NCBI GenBank assembly: GCA_041651235.1
Contig: JBAZJQ010000002.1
Coordinates: 71,615 to 135,614, forward strand
DNA: 64,000 bases
Reading direction: 5' to 3'
From: Candidatus Pacearchaeota archaeon
Lineage (GTDB): Archaea; Nanobdellota; Nanobdellia; Pacearchaeales; GW2011-AR1
Below are positions 1-9,168 of the stretch, piece after piece. Numbering within the stretch: the stretch's first letter is position 1; each line of letters begins with the position of its first letter. Below the pieces are notes generated by a model, which saw nothing but the letters and a program-made list of their open reading frames with translations, was not told where the DNA came from and searched no databases. Position numbers and translations under genes: made by a program.

Positions 1-36
1 AGATATATTTTTAAATGAATAATTAATAATTAATTC

Positions 37-273
37 ATGAAAGCAAATAATTTAATGAGTTATGAGTTGTTTATTATTGTAGGAATTATATTATCAATCA
101 GCACTTTATTAAAACTTCTTGGATTTTATGATATATCTTCTGATTGGTTCTGGTTTATTGCAGGATTAGGTTTAATTGTTGAGGGAACTATTTCATTTAT
201 AAAACAAAAGAAATTTGACAATAAGTATAAGATATTATGCAAAGAAGAATATGAAAAGTTAATAGCTAAATAA
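37..273 (+). CDS. small membrane protein, hypothetical
   Basis: 78 aa ORF with two hydrophobic helices (LFIIVGIILSISTLLKLL, WFWFIAGLGLIVEG). No recognisable family. Confidence 0.35.
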   Translation: MKANNLMSYELFIIVGIILSISTLLKLLGFYDISSDWFWFIAGLGLIVEGTISFIKQKKFDNKYKILCKEEYEKLIAK

Positions 274-357
274 AGTGAGTTCGTTACTAACTTCAATTCT
301 ATTTAGCTTAATCTTCTGTTGCTCAAGCGTTCAGATTACAAGATTATTGATTAAAAC

Positions 358-789
358 TTAAATTAGATTATTTTTATGCAAGGCAGATAAGATTTCAAAA
401 TCTTCCTGGGTCATAATTTCTTTTCCTTCAGGATATCCATTAAGAGATTTTAATGCTGTTTGCCAGGCCGCATAATCCTCATTTTCCATTGCTTTTGTTA
501 TTGCTCCTTCATTTACTGCAATCTTTGCTTGTTCTTCATTAATAATTGCTGCAAATTCTTTGTTTAATTCTTTTAAGTAATCAAAATCTTTTTCTAAGAA
601 AAGATTATTTGCATTTAAGAAATCTGCTGGATTTTGCTGTATGTTCTTCAAAACATTTACAGAGCTATTTTGGTTAGAATCATATGTAGGAACTGCTAAT
701 GCTCCACCAACAACCAACATTGCTAAGGCTAATGCTCCAAAAAACTTTTTCTTGTTACTGGTCTTGTGTTTATGTTTTTTTGTTTTCAT
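358..789 (-). CDS. secreted or membrane-anchored hypothetical protein
   Basis: 143 aa. Lys-rich N-terminus followed by a hydrophobic anchor (FFGALALAMLVVGGALAV). Confidence 0.4.
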   Translation of the reverse strand: MKTKKHKHKTSNKKKFFGALALAMLVVGGALAVPTYDSNQNSSVNVLKNIQQNPADFLNANNLFLEKDFDYLKELNKEFAAIINEEQAKIAVNEGAITKAMENEDYAAWQTALKSLNGYPEGKEIMTQEDFEILSALHKNNLI

Positions 790-891
790 AACACTAAACC
801 TCCTTTCAGGAGTTATAGAAAATAAGCATATTTTATTTATAAGGAAGATGGACTGAAAATCTATTATAATTATTTCTTCTTTTTTAAGAAA

Positions 892-1422
892 TCAAGAATT
901 TCTTAACATCTCTTTACCTGCATCAAACAAATTTCCTAATATTCCCTTCTTTCCAAAATATTCAAATTCATCGTGAAATAACCAGTCGGGATTTTTCTTT
1001 CTTCTTCTTGTACATAACACTCTACCAATGAAAATATCGTGTGCACCCAGGTGTATTGTATCCACAAGCTCACATTCAATACTTAATGGAGACTCTTTAA
1101 TAAGGGGGATGCCATATTCACTAGATTCAATTGTTAATCCAGAAATCTTAGACTTATCTACATGTCTACCAGAAACCATACCGCAAAAATCAGTTTCTTT
1201 AAAATGCTTTGTTTCCATAAAATTAATGCCAAATAAACGATGTTGTTTTATTAAATTATTAGTATATCTAGAGGATCTTACAGAAATGTAAAAGATATTA
1301 TCTGTCAGCTGGCCTACATAACTAACTGCCATTATATTGGGATTTGTATCTCCGCTAGTGATTAGAGTTACTTGGTGCGGTCCTGGAACTACTCCTCCTT
1401 GAAAAGATTTTTTTATTTCCAT
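892..1422 (-). CDS. flavin reductase-like (FMN-binding split-barrel) protein
   Basis: 176 aa. The N-terminal pattern PHQVTLITSGDTNPNIMAVSYVGQL resembles the flavin reductase-like domain. Recognised by eye only. Confidence 0.5.
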   Translation of the reverse strand: MEIKKSFQGGVVPGPHQVTLITSGDTNPNIMAVSYVGQLTDNIFYISVRSSRYTNNLIKQHRLFGINFMETKHFKETDFCGMVSGRHVDKSKISGLTIESSEYGIPLIKESPLSIECELVDTIHLGAHDIFIGRVLCTRRRKKNPDWLFHDEFEYFGKKGILGNLFDAGKEMLRNS

Positions 1423-1430
1423 TTTAATTT

Positions 1431-2603
1431 TTAGTGGCTAGGTAAAATATCTGCTCTAAATTTAGTGCAAGATTTTTTTCCATTTAATTCAACTTCTACT
1501 TTTCTATAGTCTTGGCTATTCATATCCCTATATGTTCTTACTCCAGAGATATGTGGTTCAAATAAATCTGCTCCCTTTTCTACCATAAATCCAATTCCTG
1601 CCCAGGGCGGAATACTAGTCCTACTTGTTTTTGAATCTTTTACTTTATATTCAAATCTTCCTAATTTTAATCTCGAATCTGTTCCTGGAGGATATGGTAC
1701 AAATGAAGCTTTAAATGGAGGAATAGCTTTTCCATCTTCACCTACTGATTCTCCTTGATAGAAGTTCATATGATATCTAGCAAGAGCGGTTCCAAGATAG
1801 ATGCAGACTCTTGTAGCTAATTCTTCTGAATTTGCTGAGGGGAGTTCACTTCTTGTTCTCTCAATATAATGATCCCTCATAATTGGGGGTATTACTCCTT
1901 TCCACCCTAATTCAGTTAAGGCGCCATATTCAGGTAAATTAGACCATTCACTTTCTGGATGTGCAGTTGAAGCAATCCAATATTGAAAAAAAACTTGAGC
2001 ATTTTTTTTACTATTTTTTAAAAATTCTTGAGGAGTAACTCCTTTTTTTTCTAATATTTTTGATTCATCAACAAATTTCAAATGATCATCTATCCCTAAA
2101 GAGATACATAAATTATCTAAACTTCTTGAATAATCTCCGATTTTGCACGGTAAGTTAAGATCTCCAGTTAATGCAACTTCACCTACATCTTCTCTCAAAA
2201 CTTTAACATTTATTCCTGGGCTATATATTCTAGAAATATCTCTATGTAATCCTTCAAATCTCCTCATACCCATTAAGTCCATTATATCTGCATCATTTCT
2301 GTCGCCGAATTGACCATAGCCCTTTAAAGCGCCCCAAAGAGAGACTAATTCTATTGGTTTCCCTAAATTCATCCATTGTAATACTCTGTTTTTAGCATAT
2401 TGTTGTTCTTGATCACAAAGACAACTTCCAAGTCTTATCTTCTTGGAACCTTCCAACATATCAATAATTTTATCAGCTTTTTCTGAATCTGAACAACTAG
2501 GATTTACATTGGGAGAATCATCTATATGTAAATAACTGCTTATACATTTGGCTAGTTTTTCTGATCCTTCCCCCTTAAATACTAAATCTTTTAGATTTAT
2601 CAT
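1431..2603 (-). CDS. hypothetical cytoplasmic protein
   Basis: Long 390 aa ORF with no TM segments. I cannot assign a family with confidence. Confidence 0.5.
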   Translation of the reverse strand: MINLKDLVFKGEGSEKLAKCISSYLHIDDSPNVNPSCSDSEKADKIIDMLEGSKKIRLGSCLCDQEQQYAKNRVLQWMNLGKPIELVSLWGALKGYGQFGDRNDADIMDLMGMRRFEGLHRDISRIYSPGINVKVLREDVGEVALTGDLNLPCKIGDYSRSLDNLCISLGIDDHLKFVDESKILEKKGVTPQEFLKNSKKNAQVFFQYWIASTAHPESEWSNLPEYGALTELGWKGVIPPIMRDHYIERTRSELPSANSEELATRVCIYLGTALARYHMNFYQGESVGEDGKAIPPFKASFVPYPPGTDSRLKLGRFEYKVKDSKTSRTSIPPWAGIGFMVEKGADLFEPHISGVRTYRDMNSQDYRKVEVELNGKKSCTKFRADILPSH

Positions 2604-2709
2604 AAAATGACTATAAAAATCAGGTATTTAAACCTTCCTTTTTTTACTCCTAATTAATGATAACATAATCCCCTAAGAATTTAAATAAGACTTTCCCTTA
2701 TAACAATAA

Positions 2710-3024
2710 ATGGTAGAAATAGGTAAGAGAGTAGGTGCCCTATTAAAAGAGACTTCTTCAGCGGTTTATTTCTTTGGTTATGGCGTGTATACTGGAGAAG
2801 CTATTCCTTCTAATGAGATTATTTATCTTGGTAGAAGATACAATGAACTCTTTCCAGGAGACAAAGTTGCAAAAATAAAGTTAGATAATGGAGGTAGTAT
2901 TTATGGATGTGAGTGTTGGTGGGGTCCTGAAGAATATATAAAAAAATTTATCGGAGACAGACAAGTTAAGATCGTCTCTCTACAAAGACATAGAAAGATA
3001 AATCTCAAAACACTAATAGATTAA
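2710..3024 (+). CDS. hypothetical protein
   Basis: 104 aa ORF with a TATA-like AT-rich upstream region. Confidence 0.4.
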   Translation: MVEIGKRVGALLKETSSAVYFFGYGVYTGEAIPSNEIIYLGRRYNELFPGDKVAKIKLDNGGSIYGCECWWGPEEYIKKFIGDRQVKIVSLQRHRKINLKTLID

Positions 3025-3102
3025 TTTTAAAGTCTCTACTAATTCTTTAAAATTTTATAACAATCCAAACCTTTAAATCCTTAAAATATTCTATATTTTT
3101 AA

Positions 3103-3191
3103 GTCGCCATCGCATACAGAAATTGAAAATTTCTGTCTCTTCAAAACCCATAAAAGATTTTGAAGATAATGGTATTGAAATGGATTGCTAA
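3103..3191 (+). other. tRNA-Ser 5'-half-like segment (acceptor/D-arm and anticodon arm) split by a 49-nt structured insertion
   Basis: gtcgccatcgcata (3103-3116) matches tRNA-Ser 5850-5863 at 12/14. ataatggtattgaaatggattgctaa (3166-3191) matches 5861-5886 at 25/26. No matching 3' half follows. A TATA-like tttaaat lies at 3072-3078. Confidence 0.4.
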
Positions 3192-3245
3192 GAGGTGCTT
3201 CACTTGTGAAGCACTGATTGAAAAAGGTAAGGAGTTACTTTTTGG

Positions 3246-4325
3246 CTATTTTCTAACAATATCTAGAATTTTCTTCTCAATTGTAGAAAATATTTTTTTG
3301 TATTCCTTACAGTTATAATCTTTGTTGTTTATATCTCCGGTTAAATACCCTTGCATGGGGCAACCTCCATTACAGATTTCTCCATAATCACATTTTTTGC
3401 ATTCTTTTGGGAGATTCATGGGTCTTTCTGTTAGCTTTTTCCTTAATGGATGGTTCCAGATTTCATTAAAACTACCCTGAGTTATATTCCCATATAAGAA
3501 TTCTCCTCCTCCACAAAACCTTCCGCAGGGATAAACATCCCCATTAGAATCTATCCCGATAAATGATTGCTGACAGTCTTTATAAAAGAGACATTCAATA
3601 GGCTTGCCGATTAATAATGGAACCATATATTTCCATAATGCAGATTTCTGACCTTCATCTCCTTCATTTAACCATCTATCAAAAAGCCTTAATTGAGAAT
3701 TTGAAAAATTGCCATCTTCCATCATTAAGTCTTCAAGAGCTTCTTTTGCCCTTCCAATTGGAGAAACCCCAACAAGCTTATAAGTTTTTTTATTTTCTTT
3801 CATAAAATCAATTATTTCATCAATTGACTGAACATTATGCTTGCTGATTACAGCTAAGTAACCATGTTTGACCCCATATTCTGCTAAGATTTTAGATCCT
3901 CTTTCTATAGAATCAAATGCTCCAATATCTCCTTCAAAAACTCTAGTCCGATTGTTAACCTCTTTAGGTCCATCAATACTTAGTCCAACCCCAAAATTAT
4001 TTTCTTTAAAAAAATTAGCCCAACTAGGATTTATTAGTGTACCATTTGTTTGAATAGTATTCTGAATTTTATATCCTTCTGCTATTAATGGTTTTTCTAT
4101 TTTTACAACTTCTTGATAAAATTCTATGCCTGGCAATAATGGCTCTCCGCCATGCCAGATAAATTTAGTAGCCACATCAGGTACCCTTGTAGAAATTTTT
4201 TCTATTGCACATTTTGCTGTTTCTTTAGTCATATATGATGACTGTGGGTCTCCAACTGAACAATATTTGCATCTAAGGTTGCAGTCCCTAGTAGGTTTTA
4301 TTACTACAGTAATTGGTTGATTCAT
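3246..4325 (-). CDS. radical SAM enzyme with C-terminal SPASM domain (anSME-like or peptide-modifying maturase)
   Basis: CNLRCKYC (CxxxCxxC) near the N-terminus. C-terminal Cys clusters CGRFCGG and CKKCDYGEICNGGCPMQ are typical of SPASM auxiliary clusters. Confidence 0.8.
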   Translation of the reverse strand: MNQPITVVIKPTRDCNLRCKYCSVGDPQSSYMTKETAKCAIEKISTRVPDVATKFIWHGGEPLLPGIEFYQEVVKIEKPLIAEGYKIQNTIQTNGTLINPSWANFFKENNFGVGLSIDGPKEVNNRTRVFEGDIGAFDSIERGSKILAEYGVKHGYLAVISKHNVQSIDEIIDFMKENKKTYKLVGVSPIGRAKEALEDLMMEDGNFSNSQLRLFDRWLNEGDEGQKSALWKYMVPLLIGKPIECLFYKDCQQSFIGIDSNGDVYPCGRFCGGGEFLYGNITQGSFNEIWNHPLRKKLTERPMNLPKECKKCDYGEICNGGCPMQGYLTGDINNKDYNCKEYKKIFSTIEKKILDIVRK

Positions 4326-4336
4326 ATTCAGAACTC

Positions 4337-4567
4337 CTAATCACAATAATCTCCATGTGGAGGAGCTGTGTCTTGATGAGCACTATAATCTGTATGATCG
4401 GTGTGTCCAGGCCCATCATTATATTGATTAAGTTGTGCACTTAGGGGAGTCATTCTTGCAGGATCTATTCCTCTCGCAATTCCAGTTTTTAAGTCGTTTA
4501 CAAGCGACCTAAGAAAAGGATTAGATATCCTTTCTTCTTCAATATTTTCAAGGCATAACTTTATCAT
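4337..4567 (-). CDS. small protein, candidate precursor peptide for the adjacent radical SAM enzyme
   Basis: 76 aa ORF ending 11 nt upstream of the radical SAM start. His/Asp/Tyr/Pro-rich C-terminus GPGHTDHTDYSAHQDTAPPHGDYCD. Locally more GC-rich than its surroundings. Confidence 0.4.
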   Translation of the reverse strand: MIKLCLENIEEERISNPFLRSLVNDLKTGIARGIDPARMTPLSAQLNQYNDGPGHTDHTDYSAHQDTAPPHGDYCD

Positions 4568-4691
4568 GATAAAATAACAACTTGGTTATTTAAAATATTT
4601 TTTATCAATAATTATGAATAAACTAAAAAAAATATTTAAATTATTTAGTTTTAGATAGATTTAAATAATAAAATAAAGTATTATATCCCTG

Positions 4692-5663
4692 ATGGAATTA
4701 AAACCCTCTGATAAAAAATTATTATCTTACCTTTACCAAAATAATAGAGATAGCTTTAAGAAGATTTCAAAAGCAACTAATTTGTCCAGACAGCAAGTTG
4801 AATATAGGGTTAAAAACTATATAAAAATCGGATTAATTAAAAAATTTGCAACATTCTTTAATTATAGTTCTCTGGGTTATAATTATATGGTCATCTTATT
4901 TCTTAAATTTTCAAAACAAGAATATCTTAAAGAATTTTCGGATAGTCTTACTTCCCTAGGTTTTTGCATATCAAAAGGAGAGGTATATAATGATTATGAC
5001 CTTTTTATTAATTCTATCTTTAGGAACGAGGCGGAATTTACAGAAATATTAAATAATCTTCTCGACGAGTATAAAGGAAAGATTTCAGATTATCGAATAA
5101 TAAAACCCATCTCGATGATAAAATATCCTTTAAAATTTATTAAAAACAAAGAAGAAGAAATTGAAATTAATTTTACCACAGAAAGCATAACTCTAGATAA
5201 AAAAGAAATAAAAATATTAAGATTATTAGAACAAGATAGTAGAATTAAAATAATTGACATAGCTAATTCAATAAATATATCTGCGGAATTAGTTTTGTAT
5301 AAACTAAAAAGATTATATGAGAAAAAAATGATACTTGGTTCCAGAATTTTATTTGATATGGAAAAATTAGGATACAATTTTTCTGTGATAGGACTTACAA
5401 TGAGCACATTATCTAACAAAGTTCAAAGTAAAATTAAGGAATTCTCAAAACAATCTCTTCATGTAAATTCGGTTATATTCACGATATCAAAACCAAATTG
5501 TTATATCCAACTTTTCCATAAAGATGAAAGAGAATTGAGAAGAGAAATTTATAAACTTAAAAAGTTATTTTCAGAGGAGTTACTCCATCTTGAGATTCTA
5601 TTAATTGAAGGAGAAAAAGAGGCAAATACTCTTCCTTTTCTTGGAGCTATTAATGTAAAATAA
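4692..5663 (+). CDS. Lrp/AsnC-family regulator with two tandem HTH + ligand-domain modules
   Basis: Two repeats of the Lrp/AsnC HTH pattern (SDKKLLSYLYQNNRDSFKKISKATNLSRQQVEYRVKNY and LDKKEIKILRLLEQDSRIKIIDIANSINISAELVLYKLKRL). Paralogous to 19970-20944 and 51116-52114. Confidence 0.75.
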   Translation: MELKPSDKKLLSYLYQNNRDSFKKISKATNLSRQQVEYRVKNYIKIGLIKKFATFFNYSSLGYNYMVILFLKFSKQEYLKEFSDSLTSLGFCISKGEVYNDYDLFINSIFRNEAEFTEILNNLLDEYKGKISDYRIIKPISMIKYPLKFIKNKEEEIEINFTTESITLDKKEIKILRLLEQDSRIKIIDIANSINISAELVLYKLKRLYEKKMILGSRILFDMEKLGYNFSVIGLTMSTLSNKVQSKIKEFSKQSLHVNSVIFTISKPNCYIQLFHKDERELRREIYKLKKLFSEELLHLEILLIEGEKEANTLPFLGAINVK

Positions 5664-5812
5664 CCCTGACCCACTATTAATCGGATTTATCAGCTCATGC
5701 TTCCCCCTATAGCGGAGATTATAGCCTCTAGCTGTTTAGCATATAATAAAGGCATAATCTTTATAATCCTTTAATTTTTAGTTATTCTATCGCTCGCTTC
5801 AGTGATTAGTTA

Positions 5813-5820
5813 TTTAAATA
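5813..5820 (+). promoter_or_regulatory. archaeal TATA-box-like element upstream of tRNA-Ser
   Basis: tttaaata lies about 30 nt upstream of the tRNA 5' end at 5850. Confidence 0.45.
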
Positions 5821-5849
5821 GAAGAATGCTCTAATCCCTAAAGCTCGAT

Positions 5850-5930
5850 GCCGACATCGCATAATGGTATTGCAATGGATTGCTAATCCATGCCCTTCGG
5901 GGTCCCCAGGTTCGATTCCTGGTGTCGGCG
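5850..5930 (+). tRNA. tRNA-Ser (anticodon GCU)
   Basis: Hand-folded cloverleaf: acceptor GCCGACA/TGTCGGC, anticodon stem ATGGA/TCCAT with loop TTGCTAA, long variable arm GCCCTTCGGGGTC, T arm CCAGG-TTCGATT-CCTGG, discriminator G. Confidence 0.9.
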
Positions 5931-5937
5931 TAATTTT

Positions 5938-7476
5938 TTATTTTCCCTCTCTTAACTTCATTCTTATAATCTTTCCAGAATTTGTTTTAGGTAGTTGTTT
6001 TATGAATTCAATTATTTTAGGATAAGAATGTCCTGCATAGTGTTGTTTTACAAACATTGAAAGCTCTTGCTTTAATTCATCTGAAGGATTGTAATTTTTA
6101 TTTAAAACAATAAATGCTTTTATTATCTGTCCTTTTATTTCATCTGGAACACCTATTGCTGCTGCTTCTTTTACTGAATCATGTTTCATTAAAATAGATT
6201 CTATTTCAATTGGAGAAACTCTTTCACCAGAAGTCTTGATTATATCATCTTCTCTTTGTTTAAAGAAAATATGATTGTTTTTTATTTCAGCCATATCTTT
6301 TGTTGTAAACCAGCCATCTTTAAAATAAGATTTGTACATTTTTTCATGTTTATAGATTCCAGTCATTAGTGCTGGGAAGTCTGGTCTTAGTGCAATTGTT
6401 TCATTAATTAACTTTGCTGTAATCCCTGGAATTGGTTTCCCTAAAGAACCTTCTATTTTATCATCCCAAGAAGCAATTACAATTGCTCCTGTTTCAGTTT
6501 GCCAGTAAGTGTCTGTTATTTCAATTCCTAATTTTTTATAGTGAGAAAAAACAGCTCCTGTTAATGCTTCCCCAACAGAACTTATATTTTTAACTAAAGA
6601 CAAATCAGATTTTTTAATATCTGGTTTTAATAATCTTAGTGCTGTTGGTGCTGTGTAAATATTATCTATTCTATTATTTTTAATAAACTCTATCCACTTA
6701 GGAGTATCAAAATGAGGATTATAAGTATAAACCGAGCATCCTATTGCAAATGGAGCAATTATTCCATAAACACTTCCTGTTACCCAGCCAGGATGAGCCG
6801 TGCACCAGTATCTAGAGTTTTCATTTAGCTTTAATGCCAGTTTAGCTGTGTAACATTGCTGAACTAAAGCATAGTGGGGAATTTCAATTCCTGCAACAGG
6901 TGTTCCTGCTGTTGAAGAAGTAAAGATCATTAAAGCGGTGTCCATTTTATTTTTTAAAACTGCCTGGAATTCTTTTGGCTGAGACTTAATGTCTTTTTTG
7001 TATTTATCTTCATCAATTATTAAAATGTGTTTTAACGTGGGGATTTTTTTGTGAATCTCTTTTGAAATTCTTTTAGATAATTCTTTATTTGTTACAAGAA
7101 CATCTGCATCACCTCTATTTAATCTTAATTCTAATCCATCTTCTTGAAAAGCTTCAAATAAAGGAATTGCTGTATTTCCAGATTTTATTGCACCTAAAAA
7201 ACAAAAATAAAATTCAGGGCATTTTGGAAGAAAAATAAAAACCTTTGAATTTTCTTTTAATTTTAATTTAGAGAGCAAATTTGCAAATTGATTATAATTT
7301 TCCATAAATTCTTTATATGTAAATTTGCTTAGAAAACCATCTTGAGAATACAAAGCAAGTTTATTCGGAGTATTTATTGCATATCTGTCAATAGATTCAA
7401 CTAAATTCATTTCATCATTATGCATTACTATTTCTTTTTCATGCTGTTTCCAAATTTCTGCTATCATTCTACCCAT
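5938..7476 (-). CDS. AMP-forming acyl-CoA synthetase/ligase
   Basis: 512 aa. AMP-binding-like FTSSTAGTPVAG and the C-terminal PKTNSGKIIRMKLRE motif typical of the adenylate-forming superfamily. Confidence 0.8.
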   Translation of the reverse strand: MGRMIAEIWKQHEKEIVMHNDEMNLVESIDRYAINTPNKLALYSQDGFLSKFTYKEFMENYNQFANLLSKLKLKENSKVFIFLPKCPEFYFCFLGAIKSGNTAIPLFEAFQEDGLELRLNRGDADVLVTNKELSKRISKEIHKKIPTLKHILIIDEDKYKKDIKSQPKEFQAVLKNKMDTALMIFTSSTAGTPVAGIEIPHYALVQQCYTAKLALKLNENSRYWCTAHPGWVTGSVYGIIAPFAIGCSVYTYNPHFDTPKWIEFIKNNRIDNIYTAPTALRLLKPDIKKSDLSLVKNISSVGEALTGAVFSHYKKLGIEITDTYWQTETGAIVIASWDDKIEGSLGKPIPGITAKLINETIALRPDFPALMTGIYKHEKMYKSYFKDGWFTTKDMAEIKNNHIFFKQREDDIIKTSGERVSPIEIESILMKHDSVKEAAAIGVPDEIKGQIIKAFIVLNKNYNPSDELKQELSMFVKQHYAGHSYPKIIEFIKQLPKTNSGKIIRMKLREGK

Positions 7477-8027
7477 CCCTCTTTTGTTAAAATATAAGTT
7501 TGAACATCATGAACTTTATTGTCAGCATTTGATTTATCTTTTTTAGAAATAAAAAATCTTTTTTTAAAACCAAGCTTTTCTAATAATTTTTTAGAAGCTA
7601 TATTATCCGCAAAGGGGGCAGATTCAATTGTTTTTAATTGTAATTTTGTAAATCCAAAGATGATTAAAGCACTGGTTGCTTCAAAAATAATTCCTTTTCT
7701 CCAATATTTCTTTCCTATCCAATAATCTAAAAAACAATTTCCTTGAATTTTATTTAACATATGCAAGGAAACAATACCAATTAATTGCCCTTTATATTCT
7801 ATTCCTAATTCATAATTTTCTCTATCTTTTTTTATTTCATTTTTAGCATAATCTATCTTAAGTTTAGCATCTATATCGGAAAATGGATATGGGATAGAAT
7901 GGAGATTTTTAGATACCTCTAAGTCATTAAGGTTTTCAACTAAACATTTGGCATCAGAATCTTTTAATTCTCTTAAAACTAATCTCTTTGTTTCAAGTTT
8001 CATTTTCCTCTCCCATATAAAAACCAT
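7464..8027 (-). CDS. GNAT N-acetyltransferase (RimJ/RimL-like)
   Basis: LETKRLVLRELKDSDAKCLVENLND at the N-terminus and a WRKGIIFEA core are typical of the Acetyltransf_3/GNAT fold. Confidence 0.7.
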   Translation of the reverse strand: MVFIWERKMKLETKRLVLRELKDSDAKCLVENLNDLEVSKNLHSIPYPFSDIDAKLKIDYAKNEIKKDRENYELGIEYKGQLIGIVSLHMLNKIQGNCFLDYWIGKKYWRKGIIFEATSALIIFGFTKLQLKTIESAPFADNIASKKLLEKLGFKKRFFISKKDKSNADNKVHDVQTYILTKEGWVE

Positions 8028-8263
8028 CCAATATTCACTAATCCAAGAGCAATAATTCCTATTGAATTAGCAATCATTATTGCAATATTTCCTATCTGAA
8101 TTCCATAAATAACCCAAATTATGTTGCCTATTAGTAAGATTAAATAAGTTATTATTGAAATATCTTTAGCACTCTTTCTTTTAAAGATTTTGTATGCTTG
8201 GGGGAGGTTTGCCATTCCCATTAATGCTCCAGTAATTATTGCTAAAGAGGGTATTATATTCAT
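8000..8263 (-). CDS. SemiSWEET / PQ-loop small transporter
   Basis: 87 aa with three TM helices and the PQ motif (LPQAYKIFKRKSAKDIS). Confidence 0.65.
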   Translation of the reverse strand: MNIIPSLAIITGALMGMANLPQAYKIFKRKSAKDISIITYLILLIGNIIWVIYGIQIGNIAIMIANSIGIIALGLVNIGWFLYGRGK

Positions 8264-8694
8264 TTTAAATTTTTATTTACAATTTTTAGAGATTTTCTTT
8301 GGTTATTATGAGTCAACTTATTGACTGCTTTATCAAATTCAAGCCATTTATAACCAAGATGCTCTTTTTTATCAAATTTAATTTTTTTATCTTTAGTTTG
8401 TCCTGAAAATAAGGTATATGTTTGCCCCATTAATCCAGGCCTATCTGAAAATTTTTTCTTGTATTTATATCTTCCGAAGGAATTGTACTTCTTTATGTTG
8501 AATATTCTTTGTCCTGTTTCTTCTTTTGCTTCTCTTTTTGCTGTTTCTAATAAGCTTTCGTTTTTTTCAGCTCCTCCTTTTGGGAATTCCCAGCCTTTCC
8601 AGTGATGTTTTCTTTTTAATAAAAGATAATAAAGTTTTTCTTTTTCTTTTCTGTATATTACAACAAACACCCCTTTTCTGTATTTTAATTTCAT
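8260..8694 (-). CDS. NUDIX hydrolase
   Basis: Nudix box GWEFPKGGAEKNESLLETAKREAKEETG. Confidence 0.8.
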   Translation of the reverse strand: MKLKYRKGVFVVIYRKEKEKLYYLLLKRKHHWKGWEFPKGGAEKNESLLETAKREAKEETGQRIFNIKKYNSFGRYKYKKKFSDRPGLMGQTYTLFSGQTKDKKIKFDKKEHLGYKWLEFDKAVNKLTHNNQRKSLKIVNKNLK

Positions 8695-8749
8695 TTTAGG
8701 TCTTTTATACTATAAAAGATTTGTGTTGTTTTTAAATTTGTTGGAAGAA

Positions 8750-9109
8750 TTATTCTTTTGCTATTAAATTTTGTCTATTAAAAAGGTAACAAGTTATATC
8801 TGAAAGATTTTCTTTTGTAATTTTTTCATTAGGTGTATAAATTTTTAGTAATTCTTCTTTCATTGTATCATAATCTCCCCCGGAAATCATTCCTTTTTTA
8901 AGAAATTCGTGAACAGTTACATCTTTGCCATAAGTAATAGATATGCTATTCATTACCCAATCTAATTGTTCAGATGAAATTACTGGACAATTTAGATTTT
9001 TTACATAATTTCTAGAAGAACCACATCCATTTAAGGAAAACCCAACCATCCCTAATGTTGAAATTGTAATTAGTGTAGTAAGTTTCTTTCTAAAGCAATC
9101 TCTTTTCAT
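8750..9109 (-). CDS. putative lipoprotein, hypothetical
   Basis: N-terminal hydrophobic segment followed by LNGCGSS. Confidence 0.4.
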   Translation of the reverse strand: MKRDCFRKKLTTLITISTLGMVGFSLNGCGSSRNYVKNLNCPVISSEQLDWVMNSISITYGKDVTVHEFLKKGMISGGDYDTMKEELLKIYTPNEKITKENLSDITCYLFNRQNLIAKE

Positions 9110-9168
9110 TAATTAAGTAAAATAAAGATATATTTAAATATATTGTGATTTCTTTATAGATATTTAAA

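Noticed and set aside
1431-2603. Assigning the 390-aa protein to an isonitrile-synthase/Dit1-PvcA-like family and linking it to the radical SAM cassette
   Set aside because: The resemblance rests on a vague impression of one segment. I cannot support it without a profile search, so it is left as hypothetical.
3103-3240. A complete intron-containing tRNA gene at 3.1 kb
   Set aside because: Only the 5' half (through the anticodon loop) is recognisable. No tccat anticodon-stem partner, T arm or tggcgac acceptor strand follows within the next ~150 nt. It is kept as a half-tRNA-like/att candidate instead.
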